From Cenococcum geophilum (taxonomy: Eukaryota): DNA of 64,000 nt. The stretch is from contig CP158635.1 of assembly GCA_050273025.1 (NCBI GenBank), forward strand, positions 10,292,001 to 10,356,000. The letters are read 5' to 3'. Below, piece after piece: positions 24,201 through 38,384 of this stretch; the stretch's first letter is position 1; each line of letters opens with the position of its first letter. The notes beneath the pieces are model-generated. The model was not told the origin of the DNA, searched no databases, and was given only the letters and a program-made list of their open reading frames with translations. Position numbers and translations under genes: made by a program.

Positions 24201-27200
24201 CGTCAATAGGAAGGCAGTTAATTACCTAACCAAATACTGCTCCTTTTACTAGAAATACGGACGTTCCCCAGGCCGATTTAAGTTCACCCTTTATAAGGAC
24301 CTTAACTTCAACCACTTAGTGTATATAGACATTATGTATATTAACGGCAGCCTAGTATTATATATAATTGACGAGGCAACCCACTACTAAGCCGCCCGTT
24401 AGTTGCAAAATATATCCACAAAGTATACTTAGGATATTTTACGGACCTGCTGGATTAATACGTACGTTAAACCTCCTAAGTATATCACCTACAACGCTAG
24501 TAGGAACTTCATTAGTAAGGAATTCCAGTAGTATGCTACGGCCATGGCTATATTAATAAAAGCTGTTCCAGTCAAGGCGTATTAGTCTATTAGGCTTATT
24601 AAGCGAGCTTACTTAGCTCTACGGAGAGCTTATTAGATTATTACGGACAAGTATAAGGATATTTAAAAGGAACTAGCTTTATAGATGGCCGTAAAAGCTA
24701 TTAACAACACCGCTAGCCCTAACGGACTAGTACCCACCCTCTTGGTTTACGGAGCTTACCTAAGAATAAGTAACCTAGGCCCCCCTGCCCTGTCTATTAC
24801 AGAACAAGCAGCTATAATATGGAAGGCAATAGCCGAAATAGTTAAATTACGGGCTAAATAAACTATTAATAACGCCCTATACTACCGCAACGGACCTAAT
24901 ACAACCTTAGTACACAACCTCCCGCTTAACTCTGAAGTCCTCATATAGCGTGAAAGCGGTAGTTAGAATAGACCTTACTGTCTACTAGCCGTAGAAAACA
25001 AGACGTGCTGCGTATAGCTTCCTAGCGGGCTAACTAGCTTTAGAAGCACGTCCGTAAAACCCTACTTTTAGCCTGAAAACACCCATGACATTAAGCTAGA
25101 CAAACTAGAAGCAACCGCCGAACTAGACAAACTAGAAATGACTGCCGAATTAGATAAACTAGAGGCACCCTTACCTACCCTAGAGGTCCCCTAGAAACCC
25201 ACTAAACCTACTAAACCTGCCGTAAAGCGTGGCTGAGGACGCCCCCGTAAGAATCCCGTAACAAAGAACTACCTAACCTCTACAGGCACATCCGTAAAGC
25301 AATCTCCGCCTATAGATATATTAGTTCTAGTATAGGAAACCCCTTTTATAGACTTACGGCGTAAAGAGATTAACGGACTACTTAAAAAGGGTATCTTTAT
25401 AATTATAACGGAGAGAGACGTTCCGTAAGGCGTCCGTATATTTAACTTATACTTTATTAATAAGATTAAGCACCCTAGTACTAATAAAGCCTTTAAGAAA
25501 TTAAGGCTTATTATATAAGCTTATAACGACTAGGTAAAGGACCTAGTCCTTATATAATTACCTATAATTTAACGGGTTAGTTAACGGATTATACTCGCAC
25601 TTATGCCTAGACTACAGCAAACTAAATCCGTAGCCCTTTACTTACGGGATATCTTATAAGCCTACGTGCAGTCTAATACCTACCTAAGTAGGGATATCTT
25701 TATACGACTACCCTATAAGCTTAACCTATAACTAGGAATAATTTTATAGGTTATAAAACCTCTTTACGGAGTACTAGAAGCCGAAAACTATTAATTTAAG
25801 ATATACTACTAGCACTACGTCAGTAAACTTAAAATAGAACAATTAACCTACAACCCCTGCCTCCTATACAGCCCATTAAACGGCCTTAGTATTATTAGAC
25901 TCTAAATAGACAATACCCTCTTCTTAGCAGACTGGACATTTGCGGACGCTAAAGAGACTAAACTATAAGAAGTTAAGTTCCTAGCAAAGCCGCGAGAGCA
26001 ATTAACTAAGTAGACTCTAATTAAGTTCAATAGAGGCTTAATTATATAAAAGGGCAACTTAATCTAGCTAACTTAGGAACGCTAAGCTTAAAACCTAAAG
26101 CTTATTATAGCAAAGCCTACGGACCTTACTAGTTCCCGCGGAGAGACCTATAAGACCGTAAATACAAAAGACTAATACGCTGCACAGTGTGCAAGAGGCG
26201 CCTACATTGCCACAATCTGCTAACCCGAATCTGCCTACGACTTATCCTTTATAGCCTAGGTAGTAGATCCGCAAGAAGAAAATATTAAGCAGCTTAATAA
26301 GCGCATTTAGTAGCAAATTAATAATATAGCAAGGGGACTTACTTTTATACCACTAGACTTAAGTTCCCTTAGCTTACTGGTATTTACGGACGCCTCCTTT
26401 ACCAATAATAAAGACCTATTATCACAAATCGGCTTTATAATTGTACTTACGGACCGTAATTAGGACGCAAATATACTGTACTAGTCTTTAATTAAGTGTA
26501 AATAAGTAACCCGTAATGTACTAGCTTCTAAACTATATACACTAGCTTATAGATTTAATATAGCAGCCGTAATTAAATTAACGGTCTAGAAGATTCTATA
26601 ACTAGAGCAGTTACCCCTAGTTTTATGCACCGATTTAAAGTCCCTTTATAACTACCTAGTTAAACTAGGTACGATATAAGAGAAGAGGCTTATAGTCGAC
26701 CTAATGTGCTTATATTAGGCCTATAAACGACGTAAGATTATAGAGGTTAAATAGATCAGCAGCGGAGATAACCTAGCGGACGCCATAACTAAGGCAAAGC
26801 CGTGTTAAGCCCTTAAAACCCTAATTAACACGAATAAGCTTAACCTAAAAGTTATAGAATAGGTAGAACGGGACTAATGGAGTACCTATAGTACGCCTAC
26901 GGCCCGTTAGAAGGCCGTACGGCTTATTATACGGCCTATTCTACGGACCGTAAGCTATTAGGTAGAAAAACGGTAGAAAGCTGTAATAGAACTTAGTAGA
27001 CTCACGTGACCTGCCAAATTCTGCCATATTCTGCCACAGTAGTTAAATTAACCAATTACGATTTTCCATGCCGGGTATAGAAAATCGCCATTAGCTCGCT
27101 TAGCACTAGCGCCTTAGCGGCCCTTAAAATCTGACTTACTGCCCATTAAAAGGCCGTACGGTTTATTTTATGGACCGTAAGTAGGACTTACGGCTAGCTT

Positions 27201-27583
27201 AAGGTACCGTTTAAAAGGCAGCCTAGACGGCACCTCAGGGGAGATTTTCTATATATTTTCCTTTGTATTCTATAGTTTTATTAAAGTAATTATAGAGGCT
27301 GTACACAGGTAGTTTTATTTTTTAAGTACTGCTAGTGTATAATTACAGCACCTGTTATACCAAACGCGTGCTTACGTGTTTACGCGTTTAGTGCACTAAC
27401 TACTCGCTTACGCGTCTGGTGCACTTATAAAGCACTAACTAATTAGGGGGGAGGTGCATTAGTATATAGACCACGTAGTCTGCTTTATATAATCGACAGT
27501 CACCATCCAAATAAGCATACAATACTATATGTATTTCGTGCCCGTGGATACGACTCACTCGTGCTATTAAGTTAGTACGAACA
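21217..27583 (+). mobile_element. Full-length Ty1/Copia retrotransposon, GalEa-like (RIP-inactivated)
   Basis: 248-bp LTRs 21217-21464 and 27336-27583 (TG...CA); TSD ATAAC; CTGATCAG immediately after the 5' LTR; gag C-F-V-(C)-G-K-E-E-C-W-S-(T)-R-H; protease I-(D)-T-G-A; integrase H-R-R-F-G-H-P before RT (GLQTDDTL-like ~25898); RNase H FTDASF ~26383; ADA.TK end motif. Confidence 0.93.
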
Positions 27584-28055
27584 ATAACTTATAGCCTTTT
27601 CTATAATTAGGTGGTTTTAGATAACTTTCTCATCTAACTATATATAGAAATCTTCCTACTTATCGTTATGTCGTTGCCTATACTACTTTTAGTATAGCCC
27701 TTTAAGTATATATAGCTTATCCGTAAGGAAGTATCTTTTTATTACTATATTATAATAGCCCTTTATATATCGTTCTTTAAACCTAATAGGGATCCCTAAA
27801 TCCTTTTTATTCTCCAGTTTAATAAGCTACTTAGTTCTTAGTATACCTACCCTAGGCCTATTAGTAATTCTTTATACTAATACTCTGTCCCTTATACGTC
27901 CTAATATACTAGATCTCTTATTTAATTTCTATTCTTACTATATAATAATTCTTTACCTAAATTCTTCTATAGTTTTTTTTAGTTTACGTCTTATAGCATC
28001 GGGAAAATATTCGCAGGATGAGATTTAAGTAGACTTTGGTTTTTGCGTTTCGCGT

Positions 28056-28452
28056 AATTAACATATAATTTAACTAACTTAACACGCAATTAACTAACTT
28101 AATACGCAGTTGACCTACTTAATATACAATTTAACTAACTTAACACGCAGTTAACCTACTTAACATGCAATTTAACTAACTTAACACGCAGTTGACCTAC
28201 TTAACATACAATTTAACTAACTTAATACGCAGTTGACCTACTTAACATATAATTTAACTAACTTAACACGCAGTTAACCTACTTAACATACAATTTAACT
28301 AACTTAACACATAGTTAACCTACTTAATATACAATTTAACTAACTTAACACGTAGTTAACCTACTTAACATATAATTTAACTAACTTAATACATAGTTAA
28401 CCTACTTAACATACAATTTAACTAACTCGATATGCAGTTAACCTACTTAACA
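28056..28452. repeat. 41-bp minisatellite (two ~20-bp subunits), ~9-10 copies
   Basis: Unit AACTTAACACGCAGTTGACCTACTTAACATACAATTTAACT. Confidence 0.92.
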
Positions 28453-28581
28453 ACTTTAAAAGCTAACTGTATATTTCTTAACGTGCGATTAAGGTAAAGT
28501 TATATACTATATATTTAACTATTATATATAATCTTATATAATCTTATACAATCTCATACAATCTTATAGTCTTATTACTTG

Positions 28582-28923
28582 GAGGCTCTGCATAAGGCTC
28601 TACACGAAGCTCTACACGAAGCTCTGCGTACAGAGGCTTTGCACGAAGCTCTGCGCATAGAGGCTCTGCACAAAGCTCTGCACGAAGCTTCGCATAAGGC
28701 TCTACACGAGGCTCTACACGAAGCTCTGCGTACAGAGGCTCTGCACGAAGCTCTGCACGAAGCTCTGCACGAGGGTCTGCGCGAGGGTCTGCGCGAGGGT
28801 CTACGCGAAGCTCTGCGTACAGAGGCTCTGCACGAGGCTCTGCGAGAAGCTCTGCGTACAGAGGCTCTGCACGAGGCTCTGCGCAAAGCTCTGCGTACAG
28901 AGGCTCTACACGAAGCTCTGCAT
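28582..28923. repeat. 12/15-bp minisatellite
   Basis: Units GARGCTCTGCAC and GAAGCTCTGCGTACA. Confidence 0.92.
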
Positions 28924-29052
28924 CGGGTCCCCACTATATTCCCGATAGCCTCTACACGTGCCTCTACCCTATGTAGCCACCTTATTTTTTACCCTTCCTT
29001 CCTTCTTTATATCCTCCCTACCTAGGGAGGCACCAGAACGGCAGCCAGCAGA

Positions 29053-29585
29053 GGACCGTTACTAGAACTAGACGACCGTCGCCAGAACCAGATGACCGTT
29101 ACTAGAACCAGACGACCATCGCCAGCCAGACGACCGTCGCCAGAACCAGACGACCGTTGCCAGAGCTAGACGATCGTCGCCAGAACCAGACGACCGTCGC
29201 CAGCTAGACGACCGTTACCAGAACCAGACGACTGTCGCCAGAACCAGACGACCGTCGCCAGCCAGACGACCGTTACCAGAACCAGACGACCGTTGCCAGA
29301 GCTAGACGATTGTCGCCAGAACCAGACGACCGTCGCTAGCCAGACGACCGTTACCAGAACTAGACGACCGTCGCCAGCCAGACGACCGTTACCAGAACTA
29401 GACGACTGTTGCTAGAACCAGACGACCGTTGCTAGCCAGACGACCGTTACTAGAACCAGACGACCGTCGCCAGAACCAGACGACCGTTACCAGAACTAGA
29501 CGACCGTTGCCAGAGCTAGACGACCGTCGCTAAAACCAGACGACCGTCGCCAGAACCAGACAACCGTCGCCAGAGCCAGACGACA
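29053..29585. repeat. 18/20-bp minisatellite
   Basis: Units CCAG(AA)CCAGACGACCGTCG. Confidence 0.92.
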
Positions 29586-29649
29586 ACGACTAGCCAGCCA
29601 ACACTATAAACGATTCGATCAATCGATCGAATTAAGGTAGCACAGACAG

Positions 29650-30038
29650 GTAGGCACAAACAGGTAGATGCTAACGGGTAGGTAGATATAAATAGGTAGA
29701 TAGATGCAGACAGGTAAGTAGATATAGATAGGTAGGCAGATATAAATAGGTAAGTAGATACAGATAGGCAAGCAGATATAGATAGGTAGGTAGATACTAA
29801 CGGGTAGGTAGATATAGATAGGTAGGTAGATATAGATAAGTAGATATAAATAGGTAGGTAGATATAGACAGGTAAGTAAATGTAGATAAGTAGGTAGATG
29901 CTAACGGGTAGGTAAATATAGATAGGTAGGTAGATATAGATAGGTAGGTAAATATAGACAGGTAGATGTAGATAGGTAGGCAATGTAAATAGGTAGGCGA
30001 TGCAGGCAAGTAGGTAAGTCAATAGGTAGATAGGTAGA
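29650..30038. repeat. 18-bp purine-rich minisatellite
   Basis: Unit GTAGATATAGATAGGTAG. Confidence 0.9.
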
Positions 30039-32802
30039 AGAGAACTATCGCTGTATTATATTAAATTATCTAAAATAATAATATTTATTTTGCTAGCCTT
30101 ATAAATAGCTTTAAAATAGCTTTTATTTATTTAAAATATATTATTAGTATAAAAGAGGTAAATATAATTATGGTTGCCAAATGCGCAGATTACTAGCAGG
30201 TTGCGCGCAGGCTGCGCGCAGGCTGCGTGTTAAAAAAACACGATATAGGCTAGTCGGTTGAGTTGCCAAATGCCCTCAACTGCGCGCCAATTGCGTCAAC
30301 CACCAACCATTAAGGCCATTGAAAGGGTACCATATTTTGCCGATGAGATAGATCCTTAAAGTCTTCCTACTTCTTAATTTTAGTATCAATTCTTTAATCT
30401 TTAGGCTAAATACTATATCCTCCTAGTAAGTCCTTTAGGTCTATATATCTATCTCCTAGTTTAGTTGCTATTTATACTATAGATTCTCTAATCTATAAAG
30501 AAGCCTCTTACCTCTTATTTATAGGTGTTTTTATTTATACTCCAAATTCTTAACCCCTTTAAATTCTTAATCTTAAGCTTGCTTCTATCTTAAGCTTTAC
30601 TTTAGCCTTAGTCTAATTAGGCTTACTTAGTGTTTTTATCTTATCTTAAGAATCTTATGCCTATGGGAAACTCTGTCCTAAGCTTATTCTTATATCTTTA
30701 AACTAAGCTACTACTCTACTCTATTAGTTATTATTTATTATAGGTCCTTAAGCTTACCTTATCTCGTCTTAAGAATCTTAGTTATCTCGCATCTTATCTT
30801 AAGAATCTTAAGCCTTTAGCCTTTTGCCTTTATTAAGTACTAAAGTGGCTTGCTATTCTACTTCTCTTATATTTCGCGAAGCGATAGATATCGTATCTAG
30901 TAGGGTCTTAATCCCTACTAATATTCCCTATTCTATAGTGGAATTATCCTCTACTTCTTATATAATATCTTTAAGGTCTATATACTTCTAATAAGCCGCT
31001 TTTATTACCTTATTGTTATAAAATATTTCGCCTATATCGAAGTTATTGTCCTTAATATCCGATCTACAAACTAGTTTATTAGTTCCTTTATATTCCGCTA
31101 AATATAGCTCTTATAGCTAATAGCATACGCCATACTTAGCGTCCTTATAAATTTAGTATACGTTATTATAATAAAACGCAAAACTTTTAATTAAATATTC
31201 TTTTATTCCTTATAGTATATTATTATCTCTTTATACGTATATATCGTCTACTAGTCTCATTTCTTTTACTATATAGTAACTCTAACTACTTCTATAGTCT
31301 CTAACGTAATAACCTTATTTTCTGCAATTTATATAAGCTCCCTCTTTAAACTATTTTTCTTGCTATAGAGTCTGCCTAAATGTCTTCTACTGCTAAGATC
31401 CCTAATTTAGCCTTTGCTCCTTAAACCTTTAATTACTTAACCCTTATCCTCTAGGTTTCTATAGTTTCTTACTCTATCTCTTATAGGCTTTTTTAGTACT
31501 ACTTAGGTCCATTAGCTCTGCGCTATACTATAGTTTTTAACTTAGCTTTAGTTATTACGTATTCTGCGCCTTATATAACTATAAAACTCTATCTTAGCCT
31601 CTCTTAGCCTATTCCCTTTAGTAGATCTAATTATTAATCTTAATTACTTAATCTATTAGTTCCCTTAGGGTATCCGTATCTTCTATTAGGATAATTATAT
31701 CCTAGACTTTAGCCTTAAGTCCCTACTTATACTATGCTATAAGCACCTTATTATTCTACTTTACTTATATTGCTAATATCTAGAACTACGTTATATACTT
31801 AATTGCTAAAGTTTATTACATAATATCTTAGAGTTTTTTTTGCCGTAGTTATTAATTCTAGGTCTCTAAATATTTATATAAGTTACTTTATAAACCCTTT
31901 CTAGCTTAAGAATATAAATCGTATATTTTAGTTAGTGGTCGTTATTTCATTTACCTATATTTTCGTAAAGTAAGGCTTAAACTACTTAAGTGCTCTTCCT
32001 AATAGAAATAGTCCCGTATATACTATTCGATCTATAGGTATTAGTAGCTTAGCTCCTTCTTATATAACCTTGAAGTGCATTTATATAAGAAATCCTTTAA
32101 GTTTTAATCTCTCTCCTAAATACCTTTTAATTAATAGTAGCTTAATCTTCGCTGCTCCTATCCTATTAATCCTATTTTCTAATATTATATTATTTTCTGT
32201 TAGCTAGTTAACTATCTCTTATAGCTATCCAACTATTATAGGTTGCTATAAGTTAGTGTTTACTATATTAGTGTTATTACCTAACCTTAAAGTAGTTGCC
32301 GCCGTTAATAGCGTTATGGCTAGTGCTTTTAGTAGCATGTTATTCAACTTTCTATATTTAATACCGTAACTAGGTAGTAATTATATAACGGAACTTTATA
32401 GTAGGAACTACGGTAGGCTTATTATTGGGCTAGGTATATAGGAAATATAAATATAAAAGTTAACAACGTAATAATAACTAGTGGAGTAGTTGCCTAATAG
32501 ATTAACTCTAATTATATTCTAAGAATTATTATAAGGAAGGAACTATCTAGGTAGGGATTAAGGGTCCTTAAATACACAACCGTACTTCTATAAAATCCTT
32601 CTTATATATAATATACGTACGCTCTATTTACTCTATTACGGATTATATAGATCCTATAGATTATATAGATCACGTTATATAACCTTAGTTACTATTCCTC
32701 GTTATATAGTTCTACCGGTTCTATTCTAAACTATACCTAAATTAACTAACTAGCTTTTTCCGACTCCTCTCTAAGTAGTTATAATATTATACTTAAAGCG
32801 TC

Positions 32803-35800
32803 AGGCTTATATATAGCTAGCTACCAAAATATTAACCCTAAAAATACGAATGGAAATTAAAGGAGCTTTTGCTGCACCCGGCCCAAAAAGACCAAAACCA
32901 ACCAAAAGAACCCTGAAGAACACCTAGAGAATCCCCCTAAGATGCATACATCGCAGGGGAGGCACACGTCGAATGACGGTGGTTTGCACTCGCGCGCGTC
33001 CACCAGAACCACGCCTAGCAATGGCCCTCCATAATAAGAACGGGTGAATACCACACTATAAAGCGGAAAGACCTCTATTAAGAAGGCATCTAACAAAATA
33101 TAAAGCCTATTAGACGCGTCTAGTATCTATAGTTACAGGAGAGTAACCGTTAGCTATAACGAACTAATATAGCTAGTAGAATGGCTCCGCCAGTCTAGCG
33201 AACCCTAGGTGCCCCTCCAGTAAACCCTTAACTAAATCCTCTAACGGTTAAGCAAAATCGAAAATAAACAAAACCCCTCCTTACCGGCGAACCGCACCTG
33301 GGCCGCTATAGCTATATATCTACAGCATAGGGAACCTACCCCCCTAAAGATAATATCCGGGTATATAATTATAATATAACTAAATATAGAAAAAGTAGAG
33401 GGGCTTAGGGGATAATTAGAAACAGAAGTCCTTATAAAGATTTATAAAGAGGTTTACGACGCTATTATAGTCCAATACCTTAGGAGCGGAGATATTAGAG
33501 TTACCTTAAAGGACTAATAGGCAAAGGAACGAGCTGTTAGGGTAGGGGACAGGCTAGGAAAATATATTGGCATAAAAGTGCTCTACGAAGATTACCTAGT
33601 TAAAGTCCTAGCAGTTCCCCTAAGCCTTAGGGTAGAAAAGGGACGCTAGGCGGATAATATAGCAACTATATATAAGATAGTAAAACAAACGGAACGCCTT
33701 ATATTAGGACTTAAGATCACCTAAATCTAATGGCTTTAATAGGAAAATATAAACTAAGTATATAATAAAAATAATAAAAGAATATAAGGGTCGCTAGAGA
33801 CTCGCTAGGGAAACGTTAATCGAATATATAGCTCCCTTATTATTAGCACACATACACTAGAAATGCAAAAACTCCTTATTTAAAAAGGTATTATTATAAA
33901 TGGCCTTATATATAATGTAAGGCTCTATAACTATAGACTCCGCCTAAAATAATGCTATTACTGCGTATAATAGGGACACACCTAATCCACATGCGCAGCA
34001 TAGGTATGCTACGGCCACTATACAGGCCCCCACGATATAAGATAATACTTAAATTAAGACTAAATAAAATGCGTAAACTGCCACTAAAGCACATATAAGG
34101 CGTAGGAGAGAGTAGACTGCATTAAATATAGGAGACGGAAGGTAAGGGCTTAACAGCTACGGGAACAACTATACGCTAGGTTATATAAATAGAAATAATA
34201 GGCGATAAGCTAGGGGGGCGCGAGTGCCTTTCTAGCGTTTCCTACCTTTAATACTGGGGGGCTAGGCCAGCTATCCCAAGCCTTAATAGGCTAGAAGCGA
34301 CGCCGCGTAATATCGCTAGACCGTATAGGAATATAAGGGTTATAGGGGATATAAGGAAGAGGACGCCCTATAGGAAGACCCTTATGGACAGCTACAGCAA
34401 GCTTAAGACTAGGATAATTAAGAATTAGGCTTAACGCGGCAAATATAACATTTATAGCTAACTTTTAAAGGGTATATAGCTAACTAGTAAGAATAGGGGA
34501 AGAACTAGAGACAATAATAGATTTAGATATAGAAGCGCTAGTAGGAATATAAGATATAGGAATAGAAAGCTCTATATAAAATAAGTAGCAACTAGGGTAT
34601 AGACACAAGAGATAGAAGTTCTAAATATCTTAGAGAAAGTAGAAGTAGAAAAAGCAAGGAATAAAGGAAAGGCGAAGGACCCTCGCCGGGGGTCCACTAC
34701 CTATCCATTATATAGTACAACTACAGCAATACAAACCACCGTCTTATAAGGCCCTTACTAGACAGCCTAGACCTAGAGAAATACTATATCCTTACTATAT
34801 AAGAGCCGTATTATAATGCCTATATATAATTAACATACTACCCCTAAGGATTCTAGCTCCTATATAAACCAAAAGCAGCTATATATATATGCTTTATAAT
34901 TAGCAAGGCTATCAGCCTATCCTTATAGTTATAGTAGGTAGTTAACCTAGATATTACAGTTATAATAATCTAGACATATAGGGGACCAGTATAGATTATT
35001 AATGTATATAACCCTAGGGTTAAAGGGGTCCCATAAATAGAGAATATTATATTAGTAATAAGCTTACTAGAAACCGAAGGTATAGAGTTTATCCTATTAG
35101 GAGATATAAACCTCTACTACCCACAGTAGGGGGGTATTTATATTGTTGCTAAATAATAGGTAGAGTGCCTACTAAGAGCTATAGACACCTGGGGCCTTAA
35201 GCTAGCCACCCCCCTAGGAGCAATTATATAGCAATAAGGCACCGCTAGAAGTATAATTAACCTTATATTTATAGACAAAGGCCTATACCAGAGATTTAAA
35301 AGGTGTAACCCTAAAGAAGAATAGGTACTCGCTTTAGACCATATCCCCATCTAAATACAGCTAGATTTGGATATTAAGGCGTAACCTAATAGTAAAAGAT
35401 ACGCAATAAGAAAGCTTAAGACAGACAGCTTCCTTAGTACAGTTAAACAACAACTTTAAGACCTAGAAGAAATCTACCTAATACTAAACAAGCGAGGCTT
35501 ATTAGCTACCCCTAAGGAAATCGACTAAAGACTAGAAAGGATTTAGGTAGCAATTAAAAATAGGCTAGAAGAGCACTGCCCGGTCTTAAAACTGGGCCCC
35601 TATATATAACACGTATGGTCCGCATAATACGCAGTTCTTATTACCAGCCAACGATAAGCAAGAAGAAAATATATAAGTAGCTATAATCCTAAAGATAAGA
35701 GATAATACAAAGATATAAGAAACCAGCTAAAGAATACCCTAAAAAAAGAAGTAAGGAATAGCTAGAGATGGTTTATAAATAAGTATACTACTAACCTAAG

Positions 35801-38384
35801 CCTCCCCTATAATAAAGGCCTCTAGAGGATGGCAAAATAGGTAAAGAAAAAGGCGGGACGCCTAGTAGAAAACCTATACCTTCCGCCCCTACAAAGACTA
35901 GGTAAATCACTAGCTATAAGCGACAATAATAAAAAGGCAAAGATCCTTATAGAAAGATTTTCCCCTTAACTAGCTTTAGCAGACCTTAGCAATATTATAG
36001 GTGAAGCACTGGTGACTCGCCTGAGGGTTAACAGCGACATAATAACTAAAGAAATAACTAGAACTATTAGCCGCCTTTTAAATAATATAACACTAGAATC
36101 CTAAATAAAGCCCTAAAGACCTACGGACCACTAATAGCACCTTAGCTTGCGGATATAGCTAGAGCATGCTTTATAATAGGCTACTACCTAAGACTTAGAA
36201 GAGCTATAATAACGTTTATCCTATATAAAGAAGGTAAAGCAAACTACTTATTTCCAGGGAGCTACCGCCCTATTGCCTTAGAGAATACCCTTAGCAAGAT
36301 CTTAGAAAGGGTAATAGCGGATTATATAGCAGACACGGCTAAGGAATACGCCTTACTACTATAAAGCTAAATGGGGGCAAGAAAGAACCGCTTAACACTA
36401 TTAGTACTTACGCTACTCGCTACTACCATTAAATCTATATAGGCGATGCGAAAGAACTTTATAGTATTAATGCTCAGCCTAAATATTAGTAGCGCCTATA
36501 ACAATATACCCCATAAGCGTCTCTTATATATCCTTAGAGTAAAAGGCTTCCTAGAATAGATTATATAATTTGTTTAAGGGTTTACAGGTTAAAAAGAAAC
36601 ATTATTAGTCTTCAGTGGATACTAAAGCCCCCCTATCGCAGTTGCAACAGGAATACCATAAGAATTACCCCTCTTACCTATACTCTTCCTTTTCTTTATA
36701 AGTAACCTACTTAACTCCTTTAAAGAAGGGGCGACTTAGGGGATAGGCTTCGTTAATAACACAAACCTAATTATATATGGGCTAATAGCCGCAGAGAATT
36801 ATAGAACACTAGAGAAAGCTTATAATACTTATATAGAATAGGTAAGACAATATAGAGTCTAATTCTTACCAGAGAAATACTAGCTAATCTATTTTATAAG
36901 AAAACGCAACTAATCTATAGATCTCTAGCATATAATTCGCATTTAAGGCTTTAGGGGTTAACCAGTTCAGAGCCTAAGAGTATTAGGAGTATAGGTAGAT
37001 AGTAAGCTCTAGTAGAGCGCATATACGGTATAAGCGGCCCGTAAGGGCCAAGTATAGTATATTACATTATCTAGGATTGTTAACTCTATATAGGGTCCAT
37101 ACTTTTAGAGGTCACGCCTACTATATATAGTAGCTGTCCGGCCAACCATAACGTATAGGTCCAGTATTTGGGCCATTAGAGAATCTAAAAAAGGCCCCCC
37201 TAAATTACTCCTTAAACCACTCTAAAAGGTCTAAACAGCTTACCTTTAGAGTATAACAGGTGGATATAAGCGAACGGCCACAGCACTACTTAAGAAGGAA
37301 GCTAATATTCCCCCCCTATAACTATATATTAAAGCTGCTGCAATATAAAGGGTATAAAAGGAACGCAACTCTAATATTATAAAGTATATTAAGACACGCC
37401 TAAATAAACTATAGAGGGATCCTAGGGCGCCTTATAGGAGAATAAACCAATAACCCTAAAGTAGGGAAGATATATTAGAGAAATAGGTGAAGAAAGTAGA
37501 AGAAGAATAGCGCTGCTTTAGGGCCTAGGCCTATATAAAGGAAAAAGGGAGACGCGTAAGAGGCCAGTAAAGATAATAGCAAGAGAGAAAAAGGAGCCAA
37601 AGTAGAGCATAAAAGAATACTAGAAAACTATCTACCATAATATAATACTAGCTGGACCAACGCTAGAGAGGTATATTGGAGTTAAAGGTATAAAGGCTAA
37701 CTAAGGCAAGAGGAACCTAAGCCGTAGCATAGTTAACGCTATAGGGGGTAAATACTTTAGAGCTCTGAGAAGGCCTAATAAAGGCAGAAAATATAATAGC
37801 AATACTCTTAAGAACAGGAATAATAGGACTAAAAGACTGGCTCTACTGGGTGGGTGTCCTAGTAGGTAGCCTAAGATGTAAATGTGGCTGGCTAAGATAG
37901 ACACTAAAATATATAATACTGTTATACCCCTTACGCACTAACTAAAAAGTAATGCTCTTAGTAGCTAGCACAGAGAACTATAAGACACTACTCTTAATAT
38001 AAAAAGGCCTTAAGGCGGTTACCTAGTGGCTTATTAGCTAAAATGTACTAAACTAGTTCCGGGTTATAAAGGAAATAGTAATAAAAGGCGGGGGGGTGAG
38101 CAATGGGCGCCCCCTAATAACTCTATAGTAGTAGAGTAAAGTTTATAATACTAGCGCGTCCGTAGGCTTATTACGGCAGTAGTGGTTCCCAAGGAGGTTA
38201 AAAAGTAAGGTAGTAGGAGCACCACTAGTGACTTACAGGCGCCTTATAGGCGAGTCCTAAAAGGCGGGGAGATGGATTACGGGGTTTTCTTAAATAGAGT
38301 TTTCTCCCCACATATATATAAGGAGTAGTCCGCGTAGGCCCAATAGGGATCCGAATCGGACGTTAAGTAATAAATTATTATTAT
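32803..38384 (+). mobile_element. Full-length Tad1-like LINE (non-LTR retrotransposon), RIP-inactivated
   Basis: ORF1 remnant with CCHC knuckles ~33950-34100; APE endonuclease start 'II(Q)YN(C)' ~34706; RT motifs (SYRPIALENTLSKILE ~36260, G.PQ..PL.PILF ~36650, GFV(D)(D)TNL ~36746); C-terminal CCHC ~37880; (ATT)n tail; TSD of ~13-18 bp ending ACTTAAAGCGTC (to 32802 / to 38402). Confidence 0.93.

Larger units (their letters stand above)
27997..30345. mobile_element. Non-autonomous TIR element with 2-bp TSD (CACTA/CMC-like), filled with minisatellites
   Basis: 14-bp TIR CATCGGGAAAATAT / ATATTTTGCCGATG; AG duplicated (27995-27996 / 30346-30347). Spacing matches the empty site in family B copy 2 (~49891-49910). 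Confidence 0.8.

Noticed and set aside
28056..28452. Regular array that might be taken for a CRISPR
   Set aside because: No unique spacers; it is a pure tandem repeat varying only by C>T/G>A, in a eukaryotic context with no cas genes.
28575..29025. ORFs with EALH/EALRT (+) and RASC (-) repeats
   Set aside because: Open only because the 12/15-bp units are multiples of 3; the + ORF lacks an ATG start and both lie inside a non-coding TIR element.
29516..30022. Hydrophobic YIYLP / STYL repeat ORFs
   Set aside because: Translation of an 18-bp minisatellite.
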